Assembly: GCA_028534125.1 (NCBI GenBank)
Contig: CM052832.1
Span: forward strand, 8,434,001 to 8,498,000
DNA length: 64,000 bases
Direction: 5' to 3'
DNA from: Lama glama
Taxonomy: Eukaryota
The notes under the pieces were generated by a model, which saw nothing but the letters and a program-made list of their open reading frames with translations, ran no database searches and was not told the origin of the DNA. This document shows positions 40,101 through 52,794 of the stretch, piece after piece (positions within the stretch are counted from its first letter, which is position 1; every line of letters starts with the position of its first letter). A program made the translations under genes and the position numbers.

Positions 40101-43100
40101 ACCTGGCACCTGTCCTGGGATGTAGCATCCAAGTAAGAGCATCTTCCCAGGACACACTTGACTGGCAAAGCTCAGGGGAAGCATCTGGGGTCTCTGTGAT
40201 CCCACCACCAACTGCTGGCTATATGCCTGGGCCAGGTGGGACCTGAAGCACAGGGAGGCTCTGAAGTTGTCCATTTTGAGATTAAAAAGTACAACACACA
40301 TAGCAGGGAGAAAATGCACAGAACTCACTTCTTTAGCAGGTCAGTCAGCACCCACTCCCTGAGCACCAGCTATGTGCCAAGCACTGGATCTAACTCTGAA
40401 ACTAACAGTTGAGATGTATGTATAACTAGTATTTTCAGGGATGTTTTCAGAGATGTTTGGATAGGGGAGATTCCCAACTTGCCTCCATTCAAGATGGATA
40501 TGAAAATCAAAAGAGGCACTGAGAGACTTCCTGTCTGTGGAAGCATATGGAACAATCAATCCTTTTGTCCTCACTTACTACCTGTTTACTATGAGTGGAG
40601 CCCTGTATTGAGCCCTGGGGAAGCTCCACCCTCAAGGTCCCATGGTGAACCCCCAGTTCCCACCCAGGCCCTCAGTCCGACTCACTCAGAGAAGAACGGC
40701 AGGTGGCTTGGCCCGCTGCTCTGAGCTGGGGCCAGATCCAGCATTCTCAAAGTAACAGGCTGTTACCTTTGGGGATGTCATGCTCCAAGGAGTCCATGAA
40801 GTCCAGGGAGGGGTCCATGTCAGCCTTCTCAAGCAGGGTCTTGTTCTTCAGCTCAACAGGCTCCTTGAAGTGGAAGTAGGAACTGAGCTTCTTGGCTTCG
40901 GACAAGGACAGGCCTAAGAGGCAGCAGGTAGGAAGGGATGATCAGCCCTAAGTCCCACAGCCCCCTTTCTCTCTGATTGGGAACCTCACAGAGGGGCTTG
41001 TAGAGGACTCAGTCAACTACTGATGGGGAACTAAAGGGCAAAAAGGGAGCAGTGTTCCCTCCGCCTGAACTTGGCCCAGGTCCTGCAATAAGGACAGGCT
41101 ACAGAGGAGAAAGGAGGGGAAAGGTCAGGAGCGCAGCCCCACACAAAGCCCCGGACCCTGGCAGCCAGAGGCTCTCCTACCCTCAGGCACAAAAGAATCA
41201 GGGTCCAGGGACTGGGTACCTGTGCCAGGTGCTAATGCCAGGCCATTGGGCACATCCTCCCAAGTGATGCAGCCACAGCTGTTCCTTCTCTGAGAAAGTA
41301 GGAAGGTTCCCCTGGACTCCCAGACACCTGTCGGACTATGCTTGGGAAGAGACACCTTCAGGCCTTGAGAGAGGCCCCTGAGAGCTCACCTTCAAAGGTC
41401 CGATTGACGTTTATGGATCCAAAAGGAGTCTTAAAGAGAGCGCCTCGAGGGACAATAGCCACAGCCTTGTCGATCTGGTCAATGACAGACACCAAGCGGG
41501 TCTCCTCCTTGATCTGGACCTGAGCAGACAGGGGATGAGTCTTCCTGCCAGGGCACTGTGCCAGTCACCCCTGGTGCAAGTGCCCTCGGCGTGACTGTCC
41601 GACTGGGGTCAGCACAGATGCCAGGTCCATGGAAAAGCAGGATGGGTGAGTCCTCGCTTTCCCTCCCTCACTCTCTCCCCCTCCCTTCCTTAAATTGGTA
41701 ATACATACTGGTGCAATATTTAAAACTTAAAAAAAAAGAAAAAAGCAGTCTCTCTCACCTCATCCCTGGCTCCCCAGCTGCCATCACTGGGGACAAACAC
41801 CACTAATGGTTTCTCATGTACCCTACCGGAAACATACCATTCTCTCATCATATTTTAATGTTGCTTCCTTTGCTTTTTTAAAATATAAAAGCTATCATGC
41901 TCACTGTAGGATATTTGGGTAATATAGATATATTTTGTAATATACCTAAGAGAATGAAAACCACTCTAATCCTGCCTCCTAAAGGTAATCACTGGTAACA
42001 TATTGGCATACTTCCTTCTATTCTTTTTCTCTACGCATATATTCAAAGGAAAATTAGAGTTACAGTTTATATAGTTTCATATTCTGCTCTTTGACTTAAC
42101 ATTACTTCTCAAGCATCACCCCATACTATAGCATTTTTATGCAGATGAAATTTGGTTATAATCAATATCAAGGGTGACCCTGAACAAAAGGACTTCATAG
42201 AGATGTTTGAGAAATAGCACCACTTGACAAGGAAAACATGTCACCAGGGGCCCCCAGAGTCACCGAGCCCCATGGGCTGCTGACTAGACTTGTTTACCAA
42301 GGAGGAGATGGAAACTAATACTTATTAGGTGTCTAGGCCAGGGGCTTTAAACATGTCACCTTATTTAATCTGCACAAGCCTGCAAAGTGAATATAATTAT
42401 CCCAATTCTACAGAAAATAAAACTGAGGAGAGGTTAAGTTCATCAGGTGGGCAAGGGGTTGCAATGAAGCATCACAGACCCAGACCCAGAATTTTGCCAT
42501 CACCTGGCTTCAAGAGCAGAGGCTGTGTTTTGAATCTCAAGTTTTGTCTAGTCTCAAAACCTGGGCTCGTTGTTTTTTGACCCAACAATTCCACTTCTAG
42601 GAGTTGATTCTTCAAATAGAGCCCACACATCAGAAATGATGCGTGCATAAGGTCATTCATTGTGGCCCTGCTTGTCAGAGCTGTAACTTGGAAACCTATG
42701 TTTCCATGAATAAGACACTGGTTAAATATGGTACACTCATAGGATGGTAAAATGAATGGGGAGGCTCTTCAGGGTACTGATGTAGAAAAAAATCTCCAAA
42801 ATATATGGTTAGGTGAAAAAAAGCAAGGTACAGAACTATGTGCATAACCTGCCACCTTTTTTTCTTTTAAGATAAAAAGAATATGTCGAGATTGGCTGAG
42901 ATTTGTATTTGTATAGAATGTCTCTGGAAGCAGAGCTCAAACGTTAATGTGTATTTGAATCCCTTTGGAATGTGTTAAAATTCAGACCCTGATGCCAGCC
43001 CAAGATTCTCTATTTCTAACTCCCAGGGCATAGTGATGCTTCTGATCCAGACTGTGCTCTGAGTAACAAGATATGGACACACACACACAGACAAAACAGT

Positions 43101-46100
43101 TATGTTAATGTCCTCCAAAAAGAGAACCCAAGTGACTGGTGGACAAGGTGGGAGGGAAACTTTACTATATTCTTTTTGTACCTTTGAAGTTTGAACCACA
43201 TGACTATATTATCTACTAAAATTCAAGTTTTACAAAAATATAAGCACCTGTGCACACCCCCTTACCCCAGAGCGCAGCACAGACCCCTTCTTCCCAGCCC
43301 CCACCCCAGAGCCTGGCTCCCACAAGAGCTGCCCACCCACTTTCCACCCTGTCTTCGCTCAGGAGCTGTGTGACCCTGGGCAAGTCACTCAACCTCTCTA
43401 CACTTCAGTTTCCTCCTCTCCACCACCTGGAGAGTAATGTACCAACTTCCCAGAGCTGTGAGGATACAGTGATGAGACAGGCACAGTAGCACAGGGCCAC
43501 GCACACCCAGCACTCCAGGCCCAACCAGCCACGGGGGCGGTAATGATAACAGCTGCTGCTGCCCCCGTTTTCAGTGGGCTGGGATGTGAATGGCCCAGGC
43601 CCTTTTCGTTCAGGCCCTCCTCCTCCTCTTGTCTTCACTCACCACTACTTCTTCTTCAAAGACCTTTTCACCCTCGTTCACCTTCTGCACCTCAGTGTGT
43701 TCGTACTCATGCGACGGGTCCCCCATGAAGCGGCCCTTCACCACAGAAGTCTGCATCGCCATCTCCTCTGTGGCAGGGGGCAAGAGGCTCCACTCCATGC
43801 AGTTCAAGCTGCCAACGACATCCCCATCACCCCGATTCCACCTCCCCTCTCACCCAGGCTTCCTGCCCCCCATCTTCTCCCAAGGGGTAAGGCCCAAGAA
43901 AAGCTGTTGGGAGTCACACCTTTCCCCTTAGAAACCCTAAGTACCTATGGGGCATCTCACCCCCATATGATGCAAATTCAATTTTTTTTTCCAACTTTTT
44001 AAAAAAGCTTCAGTATGCCAAGATTCTGAGAGCTTCTTTCTAGATAACTGGACTGTGAGATCCTGGGTGAATTTCTGGAAGCTGAACTTTCCTCAGTTGC
44101 TGGTGCTTCTGCTCTGGTGGCCCCAAGGTCGTGCTCAGCCTGCCTGCTGAGCCAACAGCATGGCTATCTCCGCCCTCTTCTCAGGGAAGCCCAGCCCGGG
44201 CTCAGGGAGCTCTCTTCCTCCGAGGTCTTCGGGGCACTCGCCAGCCCAGTCCCTTCTTTCTCACGTCCTGCCAGTAGACGTCCTCCTGCTCCTCCCTCAT
44301 CCACGGAGGGTCTGTGTCTCCATCCTGGTCTCTGCTCATGTTTCCTCCCTCCACTCTCCACTGGGTCCTTCTAAAACAACACCCCTCACATCCCTGCCCC
44401 TCCAGAAAATGCCCCTTTCCTCTCCCTGCCTCCTTTTCCCCAACCATGGTTTCTCTGAACCATAATCTAGAACAACAGTTTCCCCTGCAGGAGCCCTTCC
44501 TCCCCGTCACTTTCACTCTTTGACCACTGCACATGATTCTGCCCCCACATGCAAGAAACTGCTCAAAAGTTCATCCATGGAACCTAAAAGCCAACAAATG
44601 CATTCCCATTTCTATTTCCTTTGACATCTCCCTTCTCCCTCCTCTAGTGCCTTAAGTATTTCCAGGGACAAGTTCTCACTCCTCTTTTTCTCTCTGCAGT
44701 CTCACGCACCTGATCCCCAGAACCTCAGCTACTCCCTAGTCGATTATCTAGAATCCAGCCACTTTTCACCACCTCCATGGCTTCCACCCTGGTCCAAGCC
44801 ACCATCTACTCTTGCCCAGATATTGTAGTAGCTTCTTAATGCATCTGTCTCCCCATGTCCATACCTGCTCCCCCTTCAGTCTAGTCCGTACCCAACTGCT
44901 GAAACCTAAGGAGAACCTTACAATGACTTTCCATTGAGCCAAGTCCTTACAATGCCCTTACAAGGCCCTGCATGATTGTCTCAGGCCCTCTCTGACCTCA
45001 TGTCCTGCAGTGGTCCCTCCCACTCACTCTTCTGTAGCCACACTAGGCTCTAGAGGGCTCCACAAATACACTGAGCACACACCTGCCTCAGGGCTTTTGC
45101 CCTTGCCTGGAATTCTTTTCCCTCAGGACAAACACATAGCTCTCTCAGTTGCTTCAGATCTCTTCACAAATGTTACCTCATCAGAGAGGCCACCCCCAAC
45201 CACCCTATTTGTTTATCTATTTAATTGAAGTATCATTGATTTACAATGTTGTGTCAGTTTCTGGTGTACAGCATAGTGATTCATTCATATATATATATAT
45301 ATATATATATATTCTTTTTCATATTCTTTTCATTATAGGCCATTACAAGATATTGATTATAGTTCCCTGTGCTAACAGGAGGACTTTGTTGTTTATCTAT
45401 TTTATATATAGTTTATATCTGCAAATCCCAAACTCCTAATTTACCCCTTTCCCCTTTGGTAACCGTAAGTTTGTTTTCTATGCCTGTGAGTCTCTTTCTG
45501 TTTTATAAATAAATTCATTTGTGTCATTTTTTAGATTCCACATATAAGTGCTATCATAGGGAATTTGTCTTTCTCTTCCTGACTTACTTCACTTAGTATG
45601 ATAATCTCCAGGTCCATTCATGTTGCTGTAAATGGCATTATTTAATTTTTTATGGCTGAGTAGTATTCCGTTATATAAATATACCACAACTACCTTGTCC
45701 AGTCATCTGTCAGTGGACATTTAGGTTGCTTCCATGTCTTGGCTATTGTAAATAGTGCTATGAACATTGGGGTGCATGTATTTTTTTGAGTTAGCATTTT
45801 CTCCAGATATATGCCTAGGAATGGGATTGCTGGATCATATGGCAACTCTATTTTTAGATTTTTAAGGAATCTCCATACTATTTTCCATAGTGGTTGCACC
45901 AAACTACATTCCCACTAACAGTGTAGGAGGGCTCCCTTTTCTCCACATCCTCTACAGCATTTATCGTTTGTAGACTTTTTAATGATCGCCATTCTGACCA
46001 GTGTGAGGTGACACCTCATTGTAGTTTTGAGTTGCATTTCTCTGCTAATTAGTGATATGGAGCATCTTTCTGACCACCCTATTTAAAATAGTACCCCACC

Positions 46101-47164
46101 CTGCGTTCTCTATCTCCTTTTGCACTTAGCACCAGTGCTAAGTGTATGCAGTATATGTGTGTTTATTTATTGTCTGTCTCCCCTCCTCCCACATACACAC
46201 TAAAATGTAAACTCCCTGAAAACAAGGACTTAGTCTCATTTAGCACTAAATTCCTGGTGTCTAGGTCAATGCCTGGCACATAGTAAGTGCCAAAGAAATA
46301 AAAACTTATGGAATAAAATGAGTCTCAAATCTCTATCTTCAGTCCAAATTTTTCTTCTGGACTCCAGATCTGTACTTCAATATGCCTCCTTACCACCCCG
46401 CCCTCCAGGCACTCACACCAAAGTCTCTAGGCCTTCCCTAGTCCTGCCTCCTAGATTCTCTCCCACTGACACCAGCATTTAACTGGCTACCTAAGCTGGG
46501 AGGGTCAACCTTGACCTTTTCTTCACTTCCCCCGTTCAGTCACAAGTCCCATTATTTCTACCACTTAAACACCTCCACACCACCGCCTTGGGCTTAAGAC
46601 CGTTCTCCAAACTGAACTCTTTAAAAGCCCAGGTCCACTCCAGGCTTGCACCTGGCTTCTACTCCGGGTCTCCTTTTTTCAAGAACTTTCATCTGCTGGG
46701 CCTCCGTTCTCGCCCTGCCTCTCTTATTATCCCACCAGTCTTTAAGCTTCTCTGGCGCCCCACCCGCTGGTCCTCCCAGGGCTCCGCCCTCTCAGGCCTC
46801 GTCCACCCCCTTCCTTGACCCCGCAGGCCCAGCGCTTTCTGAGCCTACCTCGCACCCTGCCCCCTCATTCCCGGTCCCCTGTGGCTCTCCCCTCGGTATC
46901 CCCCTGCGGCCTCCGCCCACCCGGGCGCCGCCTCCACCTGTACAGCGTCTTGCGCGGTGCGAGCTGGTCCTCACTCAGGCCCTGCGCGATATAGTAATCC
47001 GCAACGAGGCCGAGGATGCGGCCCCAGAAGAGGACCCGATCGAAGCGGTAGTCGCGTTTAACCAGCGTAAGGGAAGTGAGCAGCGAGGCCCGACGGTCTG
47101 GGCTGAGGCCCTGCCCACTACCGGACGCCAGCTCCAGCGATAACAGGAGGCTCTCCGCGTCCAT
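34029..47164 (-). CDS. RSPH9: Radial spoke head component 9, 276 aa; complement(join(34029..34189,40767..40913,41390..41519,43643..43808,46938..47164))
   Basis: Exons sum to 831 nt (276 aa + TAG) with GT-AG introns. The protein [29 protein letters not shown]...[36 protein letters not shown] matches recalled RSPH9. Confidence 0.96.
39395..39620 (-). mobile_element. MIR SINE
   Basis: atttaattctcataacaatccaatgag...gaaattgaggcaca...ggtcacacagctagt...ctgactccagagc. Confidence 0.8.
39770..39990 (+). mobile_element. MIR SINE
   Basis: ctctctgagcctgtttcttcacctgtaaaatggggataataatagtatctacctc. Confidence 0.8.
40767..40913 (-). CDS. RSPH9: RSPH9 exon 4
   Basis: cttag|(G)[48 protein letters not shown]|gtaaca. 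Confidence 0.95.
41390..41519 (-). CDS. RSPH9: RSPH9 exon 3
   Basis: ctcag|[43 protein letters not shown]|gtgagc. Confidence 0.95.
42570..43240 (+). mobile_element. Old L1ME 3' fragment with a small MER5-like insert
   Basis: tttgacccaacaattccacttctagga...ttttgtacctttgaagtttgaaccacatgactatatt. Confidence 0.65.
43643..43808 (-). CDS. RSPH9: RSPH9 exon 2
   Basis: ggcag|[16 protein letters not shown]...[10 protein letters not shown]|gtgagt. Confidence 0.95.
44730..46320 (+). mobile_element. L2 3' region split by a younger L1
   Basis: ccaccctggtccaagccaccatc...cacctgcctcagggctttt..gcctggaat...tcagagaggcc..accaccctatttaaaatag...gcctggcacatagtaagtgc. Confidence 0.8.
45211..46072 (-). mobile_element. 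5'-truncated L1 (ORF2 C-terminal end + 3' UTR) with 12-bp TSD
   Basis: Minus ORF 45690..45902 ([31 protein letters not shown]) is L1 ORF2 C-terminus; TSD ACCACCCTATTT at 45199-45210 and 46073-46084; internal (AT)n. Confidence 0.92.
46938..47164 (-). CDS. RSPH9: RSPH9 exon 1
   Basis: [19 protein letters not shown]...APRKTLY(S), donor AG|gtggag, lies in a CpG island. Confidence 0.95.
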
Positions 47165-47195
47165 CGCGCCGGCGGCTCAGCTCAACGCCTGTCAG

Positions 47196-47225
47196 GTTGC
47201 TAGGAGAAGCCGTGACCTTGGAGAC
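47196..47225 (-). promoter_or_regulatory. RSPH9 promoter: tandem RFX X-box-like motifs within a CpG island (~46850-47380)
   Basis: GTTGCTAGGAGAA at 47196-47208 and GTGACCTTGGAGAC at 47212-47225, 30-60 bp upstream of the ATG of a motile-cilia gene. Confidence 0.6.
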
Positions 47226-48669
47226 CCAAGGCTCCGCCCCTCCGTCCTGCCGGAAGCAGGATTCCACCTGACCCGCCTCCCGCCGGCTCTTCTTCCCAGG
47301 AGCCCTTCTGAAAAGCTTGGGCGTCCCTCCCGCTTCTTTTCTCCAGTAGGTGACGGGGTGCGTTCATTTGTCACGACAACGGCATGGTTTTCCCCCAAAA
47401 TATGTAGGCTACAATGTGGTAGGTTGGAGGTCCCAACTAAACCCAATTCCGGGGATATTTTTGTTTTCCCTAAGCCCTTCCACACAATATTTATTGGGTC
47501 CTCACTGTGTATGCAGTGGGGGCTTAGGAAGAAAGTAATGCCACAGTGACATTAGCTGTATTATTCCATTCTTGTCCTCTCTTGTCTTGGCCTCAGAATT
47601 ATCTATGAAGAAAAGAATTTGAGGTCCTCTTGGCTCTAGGATTCTAAGGCAATCAATCCCCCTCAAAGCCAGGTCTTACAGGATGGGGTCCACCTATTCC
47701 ACTCTCTTCAGTCTTCACAGATATCTCGTATTTCCCCCTTCCTTAGGACTGTTCCTTTGGTGGCAAACCAAGACCTAGGCAATGGGATGACACCACACCT
47801 TGGGAAAGGAGAGTGCAGAGGATACAAAAAGGGTGACTTTACAGACTACACTTTACCATCAACATCTTCACTTACAACATTAACAACTACACTTCCCCTA
47901 CCACCTACATGTACCTACTGCTGGCCCCACAACTTGATTTTAAGCTCAAATGGTAGCAAAACTTGAAATGCCAGAACCCCACTGCAGCTGGACTCTTCAG
48001 TCCCTGGGCTAGGGGCTATTTCTTCACATCTACCTCTCCAGTGCCCAGCCAAGGTCAGAAAGATAAGCAGGTGCCTCAGCAGGCTTGTTATCAGGGAAGG
48101 AGATGAGATTTATCGTTAAAATTGTTAACTGATCTTTTAATTTCTGGATTCCTTTGGACAGGAATCATGAAATCAGACTGACCTGGGTCCCAATGACAAG
48201 GTGATAGAGAAGTGTCTCAATTACCTGGATAATTACTTTGTTTTGATTGTCTAGACACTGTTCGTGAAGGCTTTTAAAATTAGTAATTGAGGGAGCTGGA
48301 TTGGCTTAATGTGTCTTCCATCTCAAAGCAATTTATAACTCCCTTGTTCAGAACTCCCTCCCTTTAGTCAGACCCCTCCGCCTGTTCCTTAGTGGGAGAT
48401 ACAGCCCCATTCCTCTTCTGTAAGGTAATATTAGACAGAAAAAAAGCAGAAATTCCAACTGGCACAATATGCTTCAAGTGGTCACAGCACAGAAAATAAC
48501 TCAAACTTTTTGTTTTCATTGATCCATATTTACTCAGCACCAATAAAAGGCAGATTCCATGTCAGGAAACACAATCTGAAGCCAGAGAGGGAAGTCCTGC
48601 AGCTTTCCAACGTTACTACCTTCAGCAGTGCAAACCTTGTTCCGTTATTTCAGAGTAAAGTCACACAGA

Positions 48670-48850
48670 AGGTACAGCACAGTGTAAAGCGCTCAGCCTC
48701 TGGAACCAGCTGGACTGGGTTTGAATCCAGGTTTCTATACTTATGCAAGTTATCCAATCTCCCAAAGCCTCATCTATAAAACGAGGAGTCATGAACTTTG
48801 CAAGGTTATCAGATTAGATAATGTATGTAAAGTGCTTAAAACATACTATA
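48670..48850 (+). mobile_element. MIR SINE
   Basis: gactgggtttgaatccagg...gcctcatctataaaacgagg...gataatgtatgtaaagtgctta. Confidence 0.75.
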
Positions 48851-49883
48851 AAATATAAACTACTTTTTATGATTTCTTAAAACATAAAAACACACTCTTC
48901 TTAAAACATAAAAAATAGTATATATTTATACTGTTCCCATGTACGCACACACACACATACACACTCCTATCTCCAACACCAGCAGGGTGAGGATTCACAC
49001 AACTGCTACAAAGACAGGCTGGGCAGAATTCCAGATGGGACATTTGGCCTCAGGAAGGTGCTCCTTACAGGGCAATCCTGGTGCCTCAGCCTATGGTTCA
49101 ATCAAGCTTTGCAAAGACCCTCTTAGCCTTCTCGACTCAGCCCAGTTTCTCAGCCCCCTTTCCCTGTGTAACCAACCTGTGCTTTCGGCACACATTCTCT
49201 ACTAGTCACACACTGGTCACAAAAACCAGTATGTGGCAAGGAACGAGTATGCCTCGGGCTAGGAGTCAGCTGATGAAGACTCTAGTCCCAACTCTGATAT
49301 CAAACTGTTACAGACCTTGGCCAAGTCAGTTAACTTTCCAGACTGGCCTAGGGCTGATGAAGAGAAAGAACTATTAATTTAAAAATCCTGGAAGCCCTGA
49401 AGCATAAGAGGCCAAAGAGAAAGACAAAATACTCTAGCCTCAAGCCTGGAAAGTCTCTTTAAGAGTTCCAGGAAAATGTAATATGAATCCATTCATTTTA
49501 TATTTAAGTTTAAGTCACAGCCACATTATGCCTCTGATAAAAATTCTGAAAGACCATAGCAAAAAGCAGAAAAGGGCCACCTCCACAGGGGTGTCTGTCT
49601 ACGGGCCATGTTTGCTTTCTAACCCCAAACAGAAACACCTGACCTAGCACCCTCTAGGAAAATCTACCTGTGATTCAAAGAGATGCTTGTTCAATGATGG
49701 TTATTAAAACCCCAGGCATACCAGCAGCCCATTGGGAAGTCTGAGGAAGGGAGGCAGGCAGCCAGAAGGATAGAATCTTCCTCTCGGCAGGAAGTAACTA
49801 GCTCTGAGCAAGAGATGGGTAACTTGGAGCCATGGGGGACAAATAATTTAGCCATTGTGTTCACAATTAAGAAGCATTCCCAT

Positions 49884-50396
49884 TCATTCGTGGAAGCCTT
49901 TCAGTGTCACTGGTGCCTGGAACCATATGTAATCTTCCCAGGCCATGCTTGGGATGGCAGGTTGGCCACAGGACAGGGTCACAGTCAGTTTGTGGCCCCG
50001 GCTGGGCACTCTGTAGTTGAGCTTGGGTCGAAACCAATCTTCTCCACAGTCGCGGTGACCCTGTGCCATGACAATGGTGCCCATGAGTGGAGGAACCTGC
50101 AGCTCACTGAAGGCATCAGCCATGAAAATGGCTCTGAAGAGGCGGCGCAAACAAGCTGCTGTGCTCATGCTCGGATCCATGCTGTGGGGGGCCAGGCGGG
50201 ATAAGTCAAGTTCGTAGAACTCCTTAGGACTAAGGGCACTGCCCCCCAGGAGGATCAGCACTCGTGGTACTAGTGTCCGGGCAAAGAGACCCTCCAGGTG
50301 GCTGAGAACACTCTCCAGTTCTGCCAGGGTTTGTTGGCATTTCCTGCTGCTTGCCTCAGCAGTGGCTCGGGGTTTCTTTTTTACCATGTCCTCTGC
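49884..50396 (-). CDS. MAD2L1BP: MAD2L1BP exon 3 (terminal coding)
   Basis: cacag|AEDMVKKKPRATAE...APVTLKGFHE*. Confidence 0.96.
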   Translation of the reverse strand, partial: AEDMVKKKPRATAEASSRKCQQTLAELESVLSHLEGLFARTLVPRVLILLGGSALSPKEFYELDLSRLAPHSMDPSMSTAACLRRLFRAIFMADAFSELQVPPLMGTIVMAQGHRDCGEDWFRPKLNYRVPSRGHKLTVTLSCGQPAIPSMAWEDYIWFQAPVTLKGFHE

Positions 50397-52794
50397 CTGT
50401 GAGGACAAAGAATGGTGACAGAGAAGTTCTGCAAGGTAGGGGAAAGCTAATGACCTTTGAAGAGCCCTGATGGGATGGAGCAGACTTATGGGACTTCCAG
50501 TTCAGTGAACTACCACAGCCAAGATGCTGGGTTTTATCAGTGGGTAATATATCAAAAAGGAAAACATATTCTCTGTACAAAACAAAATTCTCTTAGAACT
50601 TAGAACTTAGAACAGCAAAGAAGCAGGAGGGCATCCAGAAATAAGCAACTCAAATACTCAAGGAGTATTTTATGGTGGCACAGCAGAAGGTAAATTTTTG
50701 CTGTGCTGAGGGTGATAAGAGGAATGAGGATTATTTGGTCTAATAAAGGTGAATCTGGAGTTCATCTTCCAGTTAAACATGGCAAATTGAAGGGAGGGAG
50801 GGAGGAAGGAGAGAGAAAGAGGACTCCTAAGGGCAAAAAGAACCGGAAAATAGACAACAGTGGCCAAAGGCAACAATAAATTTTCAGAAGATAGAAAGCA
50901 GATGGAAGAGTTCAAGAGAGCTGAATACCAAGTGCTGACAGAGGAGACTCCCCGGAGAAGCAAACTGATTCACACGGCAGAAGCTGAAAGGCCCAGGAAT
51001 TGTCAACTTAAGCCCCGCAGAAGAGTGAACATATGGGCACATGGAGACTGAATGAAGACCTGCATGAGGACCCTTTGATCACCTGCCAATTTCCTCCACC
51101 CAGAGAGAATGTTTTGGGAGTTCTCTTTCTCTCTCTTTTTCCTTCCTTTTTCTCTCATTTACTAGTATTTCAGATGGGAGCACAAATAAGCTTGTGTTCA
51201 ATCTGCCATGCTTAACTGGAAGACAAATTCCAGAATCACTTTTATTAGATCAAATAATCCTCTTTCCTGTTATCACTACCACTGTGTTCCCAGCCAATAT
51301 CCTTAAAGTCAATCAGCTAGCTCACAGGCCTGGCCATGCACACAGAACTCTGAACCACTTAGTATTAAATATTCACCAGACACCAAATAAAAGCCTCTAA
51401 TATGAAAGTGAGAGACCAAAACAAATAAATAGGAAAAGGGATTTGGAAGAAAACTGAGACACTGAAAGGAACACAGGAAAGCTTCAAAAATACGGTAATT
51501 AAAACCCGCAAAATTCATAGAGACAAGAAACAACAGAATGCAATTTTTAAAAAAACATTTAAAAATTAAGGAAAAGCTCTTACGACTATGACTACCGAAA
51601 AGAAAAAATTGATGTAAGTATTGGAATATAAATTCAAGGAAATCCTGCAGAAAGTATAACATAAAAACAAAGAGATGAGGATTTGGAGAGAAAACACACT
51701 AAAATTAAAGTATCAGTTCATGAAGTCCTAACACAACACACAATACGAGTTTCAGAAAAAGAAAACAAGATTACAAGTGGGAAGGATTATAAAGACTAGA
51801 GTGGGGAGAAAGTGGCCGAAGCCATGGGGCTGAAATCTCCCTTACAGCTGCTTACGCACACAGGCCCTGAAGATTCTTTAGACCCCTTTTTGCCTGCCTA
51901 CCATCTAAAGTCTCCCCACCAACTTTCTCTCAAAGCCTGTACCTACCTGGGGAGAAGGTTTTCGGTAGAAGTGCTTAAGCTGTTCGTAGGGCAGAGGGAG
52001 TTGCTGGCGTTGGTACATGATATGCTTTAGAAGTTCACAAGTAAACCGACAGCAGCCTTCCTGGCTCACAGGCCCGGGAAACACCACAGGCACCATGCAG
52101 TCTCTGGGGCGACGGGGCTCCGAAGGGTTGGGAGGCTCTTGGGTGGAGACAGTCTCAAGTAGTTCTATCTGGGGGTCGTGAGTTTCCTCCGACTTCTCAC
52201 ACCACTCTAAATCTGGTAGGTGCACAGAGGGACAAGAGAGAAAAATTGAACAATTTGAAGGCCAAAGGCAGTCTTCTCATTCTCTTGTGGCGACATCAGC
52301 CACCACTGCAGAGATGACACCCCGGCACATGCACATTCCCTCCGCAAATTCCTATGTGGGCGCTGGCGGGAAGGTTCTGGATCCCAGTCGCCTAAGGTGA
52401 TTTAAGTGACGACGGGATTTGGTGGGGGGGACGGGTGGAGGATTTCAGAGGCAGTGACTGAGTCTCTGCTCAGAAAGTAGAGGCCCTGATCTAGGAAAAC
52501 GAGTTGAGAGAAAGTGTAGTCAAGCAGGGTCCAGAACTCGCCGAGAAGGCAGAGTGGGGGTGAAACCAATGGGATCCAGTGCTGTGGGGGCGATGCAGTC
52601 ACTGGGGCCTAGTCAGAAATGGGAGGGACGCCGGGAAATGAAGACAGACGAGCCAGAGAAACGGCCAAGAGCTAAACGACTGGAGGGAGCGGCGGCAGGG
52701 TGAAAACAGGTCCCCAAGGCTCCTCCGGCTCCGGACTTCACGCCTTACCAGGGACTGCAGCCGACTGCTTTACTTCCGGCTCCAGCGACGCCAT
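49884..52794 (-). CDS. MAD2L1BP: MAD2L1-binding protein (p31comet, HORMA fold), 274 aa; complement(join(49884..50396,51947..52212,52749..52794))
   Basis: Exons sum to 825 nt (274 aa + stop). MASLEPEVKQSAAVPDLEWCEKSEE...CELLKHIMYQRQQLPLPYEQL...WEDYIWFQAPVTLKGFHE matches recalled p31comet. Confidence 0.96.
50680..51800 (+). mobile_element. Degenerate ancient L1-like (5'/ORF1 region) remnant in MAD2L1BP intron 2
   Basis: Long A-rich, purine-biased tract resembling decayed L1M ORF1; family not resolved. Confidence 0.45.
51947..52212 (-). CDS. MAD2L1BP: MAD2L1BP exon 2
   Basis: accag|(D)LEWCEKSEETHDPQIELL...KHFYRKPSPQ|gtaggt. Confidence 0.95.

Noticed and set aside
45690..45902. 70-aa ORF resembling a real protein
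   Set aside because: It is the C-terminal remnant of L1 ORF2 in a truncated copy, not a host gene.
48874..48914. 17-bp direct repeat TTCTTAAAACATAAAAA twice (also (TTAGAAC)3 near 50592)
   Set aside because: Short AT-rich slippage duplications with no further structure.
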